Shown here piece after piece: positions 1 to 13,400 of a stretch of DNA of 64,000 nucleotides (its first letter is position 1; every line of letters starts with the position of its first letter). The position numbers and the translations under genes are program-made. The DNA is from Hormiphora californensis (lineage: Eukaryota; Animalia; Ctenophora), in contig CM035361.1 of NCBI GenBank assembly GCA_020137815.1, positions 620,001 to 684,000 on the forward strand. The letters are read 5' to 3'. The notes under the pieces are model-generated. The model worked only from the letters and a program-made list of their open reading frames with translations, did no database searches and was not told the origin of the DNA.

Positions 1-278
1 CAATTCGTGCAATAACTTCAGTTCTTGACTACCATGGCCTTTAAAAGTTTTCACACGTTTGGTGCTTCATTGGCCGAATAGTCTGTCATAATTTTTTACG
101 TCGTCGTGACGTCACGTGTGACGTCACGACGTCAAAACGACGTCGAATTTTGAAAATTTCGTCAAATCAGTTTCCTACAACCCAGGTACATTTGAATTAC
201 ATTTTGAACACTTTAGTTGACAATTAGCTTAGTTGTTTGAGGTCATAAATGACCTCAAACGACCAAAAAAGAATACAA

Positions 279-494
279 ATTTAGAGCAAAAACTAATTGA
301 AATTAGTTCGCCAGAAAGGTGGCCCATTTTGAACTTACTCCTTCATTTCCGTCACCTTTGAGTTGAAGGCGGAAAAGTTTACGGATACCTCAATGTCTTT
401 GAAGCCTCAACTCAAAGGTGACGGAAATGAAGGAGTAAGTTCAAAATGGGCCACCTTTCTGGCGAACTAATTTCAATTAGTTTTTGCTCTAAAT
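279..494. repeat. Foldback inverted repeat (~90-bp arms, ~35-bp spacer) followed by (AT)n; probable non-autonomous transposon end
   Basis: ATTTAGAGCAAAAACTAATTGAAATTAGTTCGCCAGAAAGG... at 279 is the reverse complement of ...CCTTTCTGGCGAACTAATTTCAATTAGTTTTTGCTCTAAAT ending at 494. Confidence 0.75.
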
Positions 495-1078
495 ATATAT
501 ATATATATATATTGAACTTTGATTTCTGAATAGAATGCAGTATTCAGTGAATATCAGATATTAGAGTTCAATATCCTTACCCCTATCCCACGTTACTGCA
601 CCGTAGCTATGAGTCTCATATCTCTCTTCATTTCATCCAATAACACACTATTACGTCACAGCAATATATCTGTGTTGTCTTGTCAATAGACCACGTGAGA
701 CTAATTCAGTGTTCGAACTTGCCTTGTTGAACAAAACAAGTGACACTAATTCAGTGTTGCTTTTCAAAGACCTCTCTTGATGTTAGCGGGCGGTAAACAA
801 CACACAATTGCTGTTGACCAACTAACTAGAGGGTGTAGAACAGTGTAAATGTTACACTGTTCTACACCTTATATCATAAGCTCAAATATCAACACATCAC
901 GAGATAAATTCACTGGCTTGGTTTCTGGGATATAGGAACCAAGCAACCATCCAGTATAGACAATGCATTAGGGGGTATCCCGATAAACAATGTTAATCAG
1001 TTATAACCAAGTTCTAATCATAACATGTTTTAAAAGTAAAATAATGGGATTTGAGCAAATTTAAAAGAGGACCATTAC

Positions 1079-1663
1079 CTTATAATAACAGTTCTCCTGG
1101 TGTAACAAGTGAGCGAGTTTCTTTCTCCGTTCTGCTAGATCTTCCAACCTTTTGTCTGGTGCAAATCTCTCCCTATAGGCGTCCTCTCTGATGGAAGAAA
1201 ACAATCGATTTATTACTATTATTAAATCTGAATTTACACAATTAATTGACATGATTAAATGCTGCCCAGCTGCCCTCTCATTTGCAAGTATGTATGAAGT
1301 AAGATAGAGTCATTGAGGTAATGATTCATGGACAGGACTAATTATTAACCACACAGACATGATGATATATTTGTAATACACTCATTGAGGCACCACTATT
1401 AGTTGCTAAGCAACGTTGATAATGTAGAGCTCCATGGCGGCAATAACAATCACGTGGTTATAAAGGTATCACGCTATCAGACTTGCCACAATATGACAAC
1501 ATCTTTTACTCCCCCCCCACCTCGTTACTTACGATCGTTGAACACACGCAGCTGAATTCCAGTGCCTCTGTTTTGTAGTTTCCCTCTCCATTTTCACAAA
1601 GTAGTTATTGTCAACTACAGTGCGGGGTGTTCTCCTCCTGTCAACCATGTGTGGCAGGGCCAT
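1079..1663 (-). CDS. TCHP: Trichoplein-like protein, first two coding exons (1663-1533, 1187-1079); downstream exons not identified
   Basis: Spliced translation MALPHMVDRRRTPRTVVDNNYFVKMERETTKQRHWNSAACVQRS-EDAYRERFAPDKRLEDLAERRKKLAHLLHQENCYYK resembles the trichoplein N-terminus (MALP...YF...KQ.EW....QRS...AY........L..RR.KL..L..E). GT-AG sites are phase-compatible. Confidence 0.65.
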
Positions 1664-2580
1664 GTTGACCTACTAGGGGAAATCGGGTAGTAATGCGACG
1701 TAGGGCACTTTACAACTAGCCGGATGCCCAGAGCGAAAAGCTGAAAGCTCTCGACCCTCGATCGGCCAGGTTCTGGGAACCAAAAATGACAATTTTGTAT
1801 TGAGATCGCTTAGAGACCTTAAATTATACAAATACAAACATTTAGCAGCCAAAATATGGTCGTTAAACAGTTTTAAAAGTTAAAAAGACAAAATTGAAAA
1901 CTTTTTGTCAAAAAACGGCGTAAAAATCTGAAAATTATGATGGATAAATAAAATAGAATGCGCGCGCCAATTCTTCGCGCGCTTAAGAAAATGCACCGCA
2001 TTGTAAGTTTTGTCGCGGAAGCGATATTGATGCGACCTGGACAAACCAAGCCAGGTCCGGAAACAATGATTCACCCCTATTAAATAGTAAATGAAGCATG
2101 CACTCCAATATACTGTGCCAGACAATATGATTTTTTAAACTGTCCGCCCTTTGGATTTCGCAAAAAGAACATATCTGAGATATCTCCTGCAAGTCGACCA
2201 GTTTCTGATAAGATAGAGACTTCAACTCCGAACCACCAAGTTTGAAGTTCAAACTTGGTGGTTCGGAGTTGGAAGAACTCGAAAATGTCCAGTCGACATT
2301 GCATGATCCTCTTAACCTCCAAATTTTCATTCTAAATCTTACCAGGGGTGGACTGTGGGGCTATGCTATGGAAAAGCGGAGGACAGTTTCAAAAAAATCC
2401 GCCTCAATCAATTCAAAATAAAACTACCATTCTGAATGGTGAATAATTCCTCTCTTGATCCCATGACACTCCCGCAGGAGAGAGAGGATCAAAAAGATGA
2501 GTAATAATATACAGAATTCACAATAATGACTATAACACGCTTGATTAACTTCCTTTTCAGCAACAAAAAACAGATATAAT

Positions 2581-3860
2581 ACTAGACCAAAAAACAAAGG
2601 AAATTTGTTTAGAACACCCGTGGCCTTTTGTCGATACTTGACATGACGCTGCGGGAAATGCACCCAAACATCTGAGCTACTTATAGGTATCGTTGTGCCA
2701 TCTCTCTCCAAGTTTTAACACACGCACACTGTCTCTCACTCTTCCTCGCGTCTTGCTGTGACGAAAGGTGCATTTCCCGCAGCGTCATGTCAAGTATCGA
2801 CAAAAGGCCACGGGTGTTCTAAACAAATTTCCTTTGTTTTTTGGTCTAGTTTCTCAGGATTTTTGTAAACAGGTATCATAAATATGCAAATAACGGCTAA
2901 ACGGTGCGAGATACGACTTTTTGTCCCGGGGACGACCCCCCATAAATCGACTATTCTGCGTCGGAATATGTTGATGAAAACTTTCTAGGACCAGCTGAAG
3001 TGGAAATATTCAGAATACCTATGCATCAAATCATTAATTGGCGCATAAATATGCAAATAACGGCTAAATGGTGCGAGATACGACTTTTTGTCCGGGGGAC
3101 GACCCCCCATAAATCGACTATTCTGCGTCGGAATATGTCCATAAAAACTTTCTAGGACCAGCTGAAGTGGAAATATTCAGAATATGCATCAAATCATTAA
3201 TTGGTGCATAAATATGCAAATAACGGCTAAACGGTGCGAGATATGACTTTTTGTCCGGGGGACGACCCCCCATAAATCGACTATTCTGCGTCGGAATATG
3301 TCCATGAAAACTTTCTAGGACCAGCTGAAGTGGAAATATTCAGAATATGCATTAAATCATGAATTGGCGCATAAATATGCAAATAACGGCTAAACGGTGC
3401 GAGATATGATTTTTTGTCCCGGGGACGACCCCCCATAAATCGAATATTCTGCGTCGGAATATGTCCATGAAAACTTTCTAGGACCAGCTGAAGTGGAAAT
3501 ATTCAGAATATGCATTAAATCATGAATTGGCGCATAAATATGCAAATAACGGCTAAACGGTGCGAGATACGACTTTTTGTCCCGGGGACGACCCCCCATA
3601 AATCGACTATTCTGCATCGGAATATGTCCATGAAAACTTTCTAGGACCAGCTGAAGTGGAAATATTCATAAAATTTTACATAAATTATGCATAATTTATG
3701 ACTTCCCATACTCAAATCAAGATTTTATGTAGCCTATTACACGTAGAATAGTCGATTTATGGGGGGTCTTCCCCGGGACAAAAAGCTCTAAATCCAGCCG
3801 TTTTCGCTCTAAGTGTTTTGCAAAAAAGTGGTGCGTATGTATGTATGTATGTATGTATAC
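2581..3860. mobile_element. Non-autonomous element with an 84-bp inverted repeat, ~5 x 163-bp internal tandem repeats and a (GTAT)n tract; Helentron/DINE-like architecture
   Basis: IR at 2581-2664 vs 2767-2850. Repeat unit AAATATGCAAATAACGGCTA... at ~2880, 3047, 3210, 3373 and 3536. Inverted partial unit at ~3745-3785. (GTAT)n at 3835-3858. Confidence 0.55.
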
Positions 3861-4470
3861 AGAGTAAGCGTTTGGGACCCCCCTCGTAACTTTTGAACGG
3901 AACCATCGATCCACTTGAAATTTTGAACACTAATAGATATCATTGAGGTAGCTTTACATACAAAATTTCAGCTTCCTAGCTTGTCAGGAACATGGTTTAA
4001 TAGGCGCTCAAAAAGGGCGAAAGTCGCATCCGTATGGTATACTGCACTGGCCCCGAATCGGGCGAAATTAAATTTTCCGCGCCTGAGTTTATCCTTTCAG
4101 ATTTGATCTTATAATGTTCTAGGATGGCCTTAGAAGGGGTGGCATGGTTTTTTCATTGCTGGGGGCTTTGCCCCCAGACCCCCATTAGGCCACGGGGCAC
4201 TTGCCAGTGCAGTGATCGGTGTTATAGATCTATCGTTGCAGCTCGGAAAACTAAACTTTCACTCTCATGATATCAATCAATCAAAAGGGCAAACGCGAGG
4301 AAAAAAACTCTACAAATTTGTAGTTGATTTCAATAATCATTAACCAACAAAATATAGCATGTGTTATACACGTTCAAACAGACAATCTCTTAACAGACAA
4401 ACTCTCTCCCTCTCTCACTCATGCACATATTTTCTCATTTAATGTCTTGCTTTCTCTCTCACCCAATACA

Positions 4471-7400
4471 CTATACATCTACGACCATTCGCTTGTGAAA
4501 GTCGTTGTTTCCTCCTACCAACTGAAAGGAAAGAGAAAGTGTTAGTTTTGTGGCTATGGAGTTTCTTCCATCTTTCTCTTCCTCACGGTGTGCCTGGTGA
4601 AATTTTAACACGACCCTCAGCTACGACGTGCTGGAGGTGGTTTCAATTGTATTGGTATTCTGGGTCGTGTTAAAAGTGCAACAGGCACGTCGTGTCCTCG
4701 ATATCTCTCAACGAGATATCCAATTTGACAGAAAGACTCTCTCTGTAAAATTGGAGATACACTGTGATTGAGGGAGATAGAGAAAGATGTAAAGGAAAGT
4801 TGAAAATAAACGTCAAGTAAACGTCAAAGTAAGATCGGCCAATAAAAATCATCAAACATAGATAATTCAGCAGTTTGTGGGGGTTATCGACAGCGTTTTT
4901 AATGTTAATGTGCCTCATTGGAAATTTCCATATGCACGATATTGCTATTATATGAAACCCGAACCCCCACTGACATTCCAAGCACCCAGGAGCTCTTTCC
5001 AATTGAAGGAGCTCTTTCCAGCGCCACTTCCCTCTCTCCCTGCGCGCGAGATGTACAGAGAATTGTAATCATGATGCGCGCGCCTAACCCTCCAATTCTC
5101 TTCTCGCGCCCTCCGCCAAATAGCCCACATACCCAATAAGGCTTGCTGCTCTACAACAGCTGTGCAAGCAGTTGGTAGCCTGAACTTAGCTTTACACAGC
5201 TAGGCACCAATATGAGTGTATTCCCACATGCTGTCAGAATTCACACTCAAGGAGTAAAATGAAGAATTTAAGCAGTTATTAGAACACATAACACATGCTT
5301 AATTTTCACCATAAAAACATAATATCAGGTGCAACAGTAAACTGTGATTAAAAAACAAAATAATGAGGATAAAATATGATCATGCGAGGAGGGAATTCTT
5401 TCTTTTTTATTGGAAACATAACACGCACACTCTTCATGCTTTCTGTTTTACACGGTGAATGGTGGGGTCAGGAAAAATTGGACAGATCAATTGATAGTTT
5501 CAGATGGAAATCTGAATCCGCCGTCGCCTGAATTTGGAAAATAGTAAATTACTGTGAATTTGGGGAGGGATGTGAAAATAGTAAGTTACAGATAAAATAC
5601 AGTAGAGGGTGATAAGATATATGTGATTTCAGTTTTAGATGTGTGTAAAAAGGGCCTCTAATCGGAAAGAAATCACATGGAAGGAAAAGAGGTGGTCCAG
5701 CAGAAAATTATGCAGAGTTTAGAGCAAATGGAAAACTGACATATTGATACAATGATGAACAAAAGACAGTACGATCGTTTGTTTAAGAAGATAATTAATC
5801 GATTTTGTGCAACTTTCAGATTGAACGCTATGACAAATGTGTCTATGTGAGTGAGTGTGTGTGTGTGAGTGTGAGTGGCTCTAGGTTATAGCCTACCTAA
5901 ATCTGAGTAGGAACAATGGAAATTGAATACACCATTGCAGCTGTGTATTCTATAATTGTGCTTGGTAAGGGATAATTGCTGGGAGAGAGAGAGAGAGAGA
6001 TAGAGAGAGAGATAGAGACAGAGATAGAAAAAAAGAGGGAGAAAAAAGAGAAAAAGAGGACCCCGAGAGGACCAGAAGAGAAATTTAATGTAGAAAAGAG
6101 TGTAGACAAAAGAGTATAGACAAAGAGGGGCAGCACAACCGACTGTTACAAGATTATATAACACCTTTTATTAGTGTTCCTTCCTCCTTTTATAATTGAC
6201 ATCTGGTAGAGAGATTGGATTTGATACCATCCGGATGCATCCTAAACATCCAATTTTTGTGTTGGGCGTGTGTGTTGGTAGACTTTGTGGGCGTGTGTTG
6301 TGGGCGTGTGTGTTGGTAGACTTTGTGGGGGTGTGTGTACTAGACTTTGTGGGCGTGTGTAAACTAATGGTGTTGAAGCTGCATGCCACGAGATACAACA
6401 CACACAAACTACACCACGATAATGAACACGGGTTTGCAAACTACACCACGAGATACAAAATGAATACTAAAGTAAAACCCAAACTGAAAAGGCTCCCTAA
6501 CCTTGAAGTCTCTTATCTCATCAGGAGGTGGAGCTATTCAGACGGTCTTAGTATGACCGTGGGAAAGGTCACAAAACCCAAGTAGGGGGCTTTTTTTAGT
6601 TTGGGTTTTACTTCAACACGATACATGAGAGATATGATATGTGATACACTGCTCTATACGACATTTGCTAACATATAACATAGCAAAGTGTGCGGCTAAC
6701 GTTCCTAACATATCGGAACATGTCTAACACATTTGAAGGGGCTAGCATTACACGTTCCTAACATAGGGGCTAGCATGACATAGGGATATAAAGCAGAGCA
6801 GGGAGTTTTAATAGTGCATCTTAGAGTTATATAGCCGTTTTATTTTGTAATATTCTATATTAATTAATTAATTAATTAATTATTAGTTAATTAATTAATA
6901 TATTAGAGATATAACGCAGCAACATGCAGCACAATTCTTACCGCAGCAAACTCCTCAAAAGATATCTTTCCATCACCGTCCCTGTCCGCGATTAGAATGG
7001 TCTTGTCAACGATCTGTTGTAGTTGGACATCCTTCAAGTTAGTTCCAACCATCATTTTTAGGACCTGGATGAGGGAAGAGAGGGGTTGGAAAATTGGAGT
7101 AGATTGCTGTCTAATTAGGACCTGGATGGGGGAAGAGAGGGGTTGGAAACTGTCTAATTTGTATAAAGAACTGACAACAGTAGATAAATTTAGTACCGGA
7201 CCATTTAATTGGGAAGGTGTATTGCAGTGCAGTACACCTTCCCAATATAATTCATGTTCAATACAATACACACAGAGAGTGTGAGTGAATGGTGTGTGAC
7301 ATCCCCTGGAGAGACTAGAAAGGTATAAAGACCATGGTAGTAATATTACTACAGTACACTTGAATTGTAGCGCAGATACAGGCATATTAACAGAACACGG

Positions 7401-10400
7401 GACGAACTTTAGTACACAGTTACAGAACTGAGTGGTATCTGTGTGAATGTAAGAACAACTAGTACAACAACAACTAGTACAACATCAATTGTTCCTGGTT
7501 CAATTCTTAATCAAATACAGAATTTTTCGCTTTTCTTCCCTATTTAATTCTTGCTCAGATTACTTTCATTAGTCATTAGTCGTGTACACTATTATAGTGT
7601 GTATAATACAAACATATATAATGCGTTGTTGTGCAGTACCAGCTATAATGCAGTAAAATCTGGCAAAAGTTTTTGCATTATTTACATGGTTTGTTTACAG
7701 AATTGTTATACTGTGCACGGTTTTTCCATCACGCTACCTATTTGCACCCCCATGGCCACTGCTATAACCCCCACCTTGTTATGGCGTGTGTTTTTGTTGT
7801 CAAACTTTGAACAGATTTTAATATACCATCTTTACTTTATATGATTGATGAACCATTCCAAATGTTATATCTGATGGATTCTATAGTACTATCGTTCATT
7901 CGTGAAATCCCTTTTCCTGTATGTTCTAGTTACCATGTCCAGTTGCCCCAAGTTACCTTTAGTTGCCCTATTTTCTGCTAGTTACCAAACGTTACCCTAG
8001 TTACGACTTGTTACCCCTAGTTACCATGTCGAGCGGTGCGGTATGGATCCTTGGGTGCCACAGGCATCTCTACACAACACTTGTTAGCGCTGTACAGTGT
8101 ATTCACTATCGGAAACACTCAAAGGGTACAGTTCTACACGTCTTTTACCAAACTCTGGCTGTTGCAACCTCCTCGATATTTTCCGTCAAAATTGTTTGGT
8201 GATGAAATCCCCTATTATGTTATAATCCCCTATTATGTTATAGTACTCAGCCTGCTCCGCAGGCTTCGTTCAGCCGCGCCTCGCGCGGCTAGTGTAGGGG
8301 TGACTGCGTCACCAACAAAATTGTGTCGGTTTCAACTCTCAGTTCAACCCCCCCCTCCCAGCTCCACTCTTACATTTCTCGTGTGATGTGACGAGTGTGT
8401 GGTGGTGCCAGGTGCACACAGACACACAGATGTGTGGTTTAATTCCCTGATGTGTGTGGTCTGCAGCACTATGGCACGTGTCCAATTATTTATCTCTCCA
8501 CTGCTGCTTTAATATCCAATAATTATACACACATTATTTCAGCTCTTCAGCTTCTCGAGGCAGTCTTACACAGCACACGAAATACACAGGTGAAAACACA
8601 ATCTGAATTATGGGTTCAGAATAATAGCTATGCGTCATTAAATGTTGAGAATCCTTGGTCACGCACCATTGCCTTAAATTCTACAGGTCAAGTCACTATG
8701 TCTCTACTTAATGGGTAGTTGTTATCTGGACAGTAGGGGAGATAGAAACCAGGCAGCAGAGTGTCTGGAGATGGCTGAGAGATTACTGACACAGACCACA
8801 AAATCTACCGCAGTAACCCGGCACATGGACAAACTAGGAACGGGTTAGTGTGATGATGTCATGAGTTAGTATGACGCAATGAGTTTTTATGACGTCACAT
8901 GGTTTGTCGTGACGTCACATGGTTTGTCGTGACGTCACATGGTTTGTCGTGACGTCACATGGTTTGTCGTGACGTCACATGGTTTGTCGTGACGTCACAT
9001 GGTTTGTCGTGACGTCACATGGTTTGTCGTGACGTCACATGGTTTGTCGTTACGTCACATGGTTTGTCGTGACGTCACTTCATAGTAACTCAATTAAAAT
9101 CTTAAATTACTTGTTTTAATACATCTGTCAGTTACTTGCACCGTAGGTTGAAAATAATCAGCATTTTAATATTTTTAACCCCCACAGATGCGTTGCTAAG
9201 CGTAGTCAGGGAGACTCAGATTCAACTATCTCTCCTCATGGAGCAGGACAGTGTGACAGACTGCAGCACCCTTGGGACAGGGGATGATTTCATGGACTGG
9301 GACCTGGAGGAGGATGAGGGAGCGGGGAGGAGCACTGATATTACTCTTACACATGTCGAGGATATTTTCCATCAAGGTGAGGGATCTTATTTTAAATATT
9401 CTCTCTTGTGGTTCTCTCCTCACTAGTCACTAGAAAGAACAATTAATATGACGTTATGATTTCTGGAAAAAGTAAGCCTATTTCTTTACTCACACATTTT
9501 AGTAAGTGCACTAGATGCAATTTGTTATTTCCGTAAAAAGCCTCAACATTGATTTCGATATCAGTTTAGCAGAATGATCACCTCTAAATTCCGCTACTCG
9601 CTAGGAACCATTTGCGATTGCATGCTAATCACCTCCGGCATCTCACCTCCAAGCAAACCTACCTCCAACTCCACCTCCCTTCCTTCTTTGTTTTAGTTCG
9701 ACTCCCCGGAGGGTCTCCACTTAAAGAACACTTTAAAATACTGCTGGTCTCCGGTCCGGAGAGTCTCCAGTCCAGCAGTGTTATAACCGTTCCTCCTTTC
9801 AGGGGAAGAGTACATGGTGGCCGGTCTCGAGGGGGACGCAGCAACCCTCTATCTGGAACAACTGGGAAAACTAAAGGAGTGTGCGGTCCACCTTACTAAA
9901 TATGATATTCTCAATTACCTTCTTTTGATCGCAGAGTAAGATTTATTTTGGTAATATTATTATTGATTTTATAATGGTATCAATAAGATTAAGTCATAAA
10001 TTGTACACCAGACTTTGCTGAGCAGAGTTGTTTTTCTAGGTGCTACAAGCGAACCTCAGAACCAGACGTCAGTATTAGATTTTTGGAGCGAGCCTTGGAC
10101 ATGCTAGATGCACCCATGACACAGTATAACTTTGCTTTTCTGCTAACAAACAGGTTGGGGAAGTGTGGTATGATAGATCCGTCCTATTTCCACACGTATG
10201 ATGCAAGCAGCTACTGCTCCACCAATATTCCTCTCCTTATGTTTTGACCAGGAACCGACCGAATCAGGAAATACTGGTCCCTGATTGGCTGATAACCAGT
10301 CACGTGACCTAAATAACGAGTTCTGATTGGTTGTTTACTTGTTTTGGTCGGTTCCTGGTTTTGACCTCCCAGTTCCCACGCCCCGGACGTGTCCTCTCAC

Positions 10401-13400
10401 CTACACAATTTCCACCCCGTCCGCCTTTACCAAAATCTGAACTTCTTATAAAACTTAAATCAGCCCTGAATGTCACTTATATCCAAACATATTATGTGTT
10501 TGATAGGAAAAAGCTATTGCTAAAAACTTAAAACAGCCCTGAATGTTCTAGATTAGTTCCACACATATGATGAGCTATTGCTCCAGTAATATTGTCTTCC
10601 TTATAAACAGCCCTGAATGTTCTAGATTGGTTGAAAAGGAACCGGAAGAAGATGAAAGAATTCTGACGGATTTATCCAAGGAACTCTCTCTAAACATACG
10701 GAAACATGTGGAGGAGGAAGTGCAGCTCCTTAGGGACAAGGGAAAAGTATGGCAGAGAAGTGAGAACAGTATCGCTATTTTTTTAAATACTCAGGAACAT
10801 AATGTGAAAATATTTTCACTGACGATTGTGAATTTTTGAATGAGTTTCAATTCGCATTTCCTTAGATTGACACTGATCTGATATGCGAGAGGTTGCGGAG
10901 GGAGATAAGGGACGAGAGGAATCTAGGGGAAGCAATCACTGGGCACATTGCCATTTCTAAACTATATCTTGGTAACCAACGTATTAATTAATACTTTACG
11001 AAAAACATCCATTGATTTTCTGGTTTTATATTTTCAGCCGAACCATCACTTAAATGCAGTGTGAGCAACATAACTTTTTAGAAAATCTCGTGATTATAAT
11101 TTACAGATCGAATGAATCTATCTGAAGCGGATAGTGAGATGAAGATAGTGGGTGAGCTTGCAATGGAGATTCCTCCGTCCGGTGCGGGTACCTACGGGGA
11201 AACTATTTTACAAGCCATCGATACGGCCATCAAAGAACTCAACCACGAATACGAATTGAAAAGCAGGTAAAATGCATTCCTCATTACATACTACAGTCGG
11301 ACCCCGATTTAGGAGCCTCCGACTTAGCGGCACCCCGATTTAGGGACAAGAGGCTTTCCCCCGAGGGTGTCCCTAAATCGGTGTCCGACTGTACCAAAAT
11401 GACCACAAGTTCCGTTCGGGAATCGGAGGGTTTTTGGGGGTTCGCTCGATTCGAAAGTTATTTTTCGCCAATTTTAGTTTACTTCTTTCACGGGACTAAC
11501 TTTGCTTTACGTGTGCTATTCCCCGGAGGATTGCCAAAGAGAAGATGGTTCTTTTACAAAGCTTTCCCGAATCCAAAAATCTAGGGTAGAAAGGGGTAAA
11601 CTGGCACACGGGGTAAAATGGCACATGTATGGGGTAAAATGGTCCTAGTTATTACATGTAGTCACGTGACTTTTTCTCCAGCGGAGACCTGCTCGTTCTG
11701 TTCCGAATTTTTGCTTTAAAACTGCTGTAATTTCTGTTTGAGTTGGCCGATTTTAATTTTGCAAAAACTGCCAGTTAGGGTTTTTATCCTTCTAAAACTT
11801 GGTATAAAAATTTTTCAAAAAACCCACTATTAAGTTGATTAAATTGTCAAATTAGTCAAACTGGGGTAAAATGGTTCACCCTCGCTGGGGTAAAATGGTT
11901 CACCCTGGGACCAATGAAATCGAGCCTCCAATACCACGTGATACCAACTGGGGTAAAATGGTCCAGCACACTGGGGTAAAATGGTCCAGCAGAACAGAAA
12001 TTACTGAAGATAACATGGACCATTTTACCCCAGTGCTCTAACAACACCAGGCACGTGATAAAAATCGAGCAATGCTATTGGCTGGACCATTTTACCCCAG
12101 TGCAAAATTTCCAAAAAAAGCCCTACCAAACTTTTTGAATTGATTAATTAAGCTATTAAATAAAACTTTCAGATTTTAAAATTTAGCTCGTCTGAAAGGA
12201 AAACGTTTCATTGGATACCCTATATAATTTTTTTTCTTCTTGCTGTATAAATTGAGTATTTTAGAACCTAAAACGTTAGAAAGTGTGCCATTTTACCCCT
12301 TTCTACCCTACTCAAGTTTTTTTCTCAAACACGATATTTAGTATTAAGGTGTGGATACTCGCACCAACTTAGGTATTCAAGATAATTGCATGCTTTCAGA
12401 TCAGGTCACATACAATATTTGATAAAACTGTTATCAGGTTTCAGTTAGGTATGACCTTATTCGGAGAGTACTGTAAGAACGCTGATGAACAGTACCTGAG
12501 GAATGTGGAAAAGATAGCGAATTGTGTGGCGAGGGATACGAAAAGTACGATACAGCGTGCACTGGGATTCTTTCTACTAGCAAGGTATATTAGTGAATCG
12601 GTTCTTGTGTCCAGGGGTTCAAAACCAAGTCAAGGAGTTAGTGAATTGTTCAACTTCTTTCCTAAATCTAAATGGCAGCGCCGTTTCATTTTGTACAAAT
12701 TACACGCCACTATAGACATATCATCTTTCCTCAGGGTCTCGCTTCATAAGGGAGAGTTTGGTGTGACAGCATACCATACTAAGACAGCACTCCGCATGTG
12801 TTCAAAGTTTGTACCAGACGGAGGATACTTGACCCAATTTGTTGAAGATTTGAGAGTACTTCACAAGACTGCCGTGCAGGCTGTACATCTGGCAAATCAA
12901 GCAAGGGGTAAATAATAAGTTAGGATAGAATAATACTCGTCTAATATTTTATTTGAAACTCATTTAAAATCCGTTTCGAGTGCTCAAGGATTTAGATGCA
13001 GACCATTTTTTGATACTTTTGTTCAGGTTTGTTTGGAGAGGCAATGCGATATGATATCCAACCACCACGTCGGAAACGAACTCACACCGGAGAGTCACGT
13101 ACCACACTAGGTAAACGCCTTCATCTACTTCGATTTACATCGATTTACTCCTGATCCCCATCGGCCTCCGTTGGAAAAGCGAGTTTGGTCTTTGAAACTA
13201 CATTATTATATCTCTGCCGATTAGCTCTCTGCCGATGGACTAATGACGAGTCAGTGTTTGCCGTTGTTGACCCCGAACTCAATGCGTGTAAAATAAGTTT
13301 GTGAGTTTTGTTTGAGAGGGAAAAAGAGAGGAAATATAGAGTGAAATGGTCCATGGGGACACTGCCATTTGTCACTCCTTGTCTGGTGAAACTTCACTTC

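Noticed and set aside
832-868. 17-bp perfect hairpin GGTGTAGAACAGTGTAA
   Set aside because: Probably a small MITE remnant, like the hairpins at ~34475-34512 and ~41435-41548; no TSD or functional evidence.
4870-5850. Exon-like plus-strand segments in the last calcineurin B intron
   Set aside because: I could not build a phase-consistent or recognisable protein from them.
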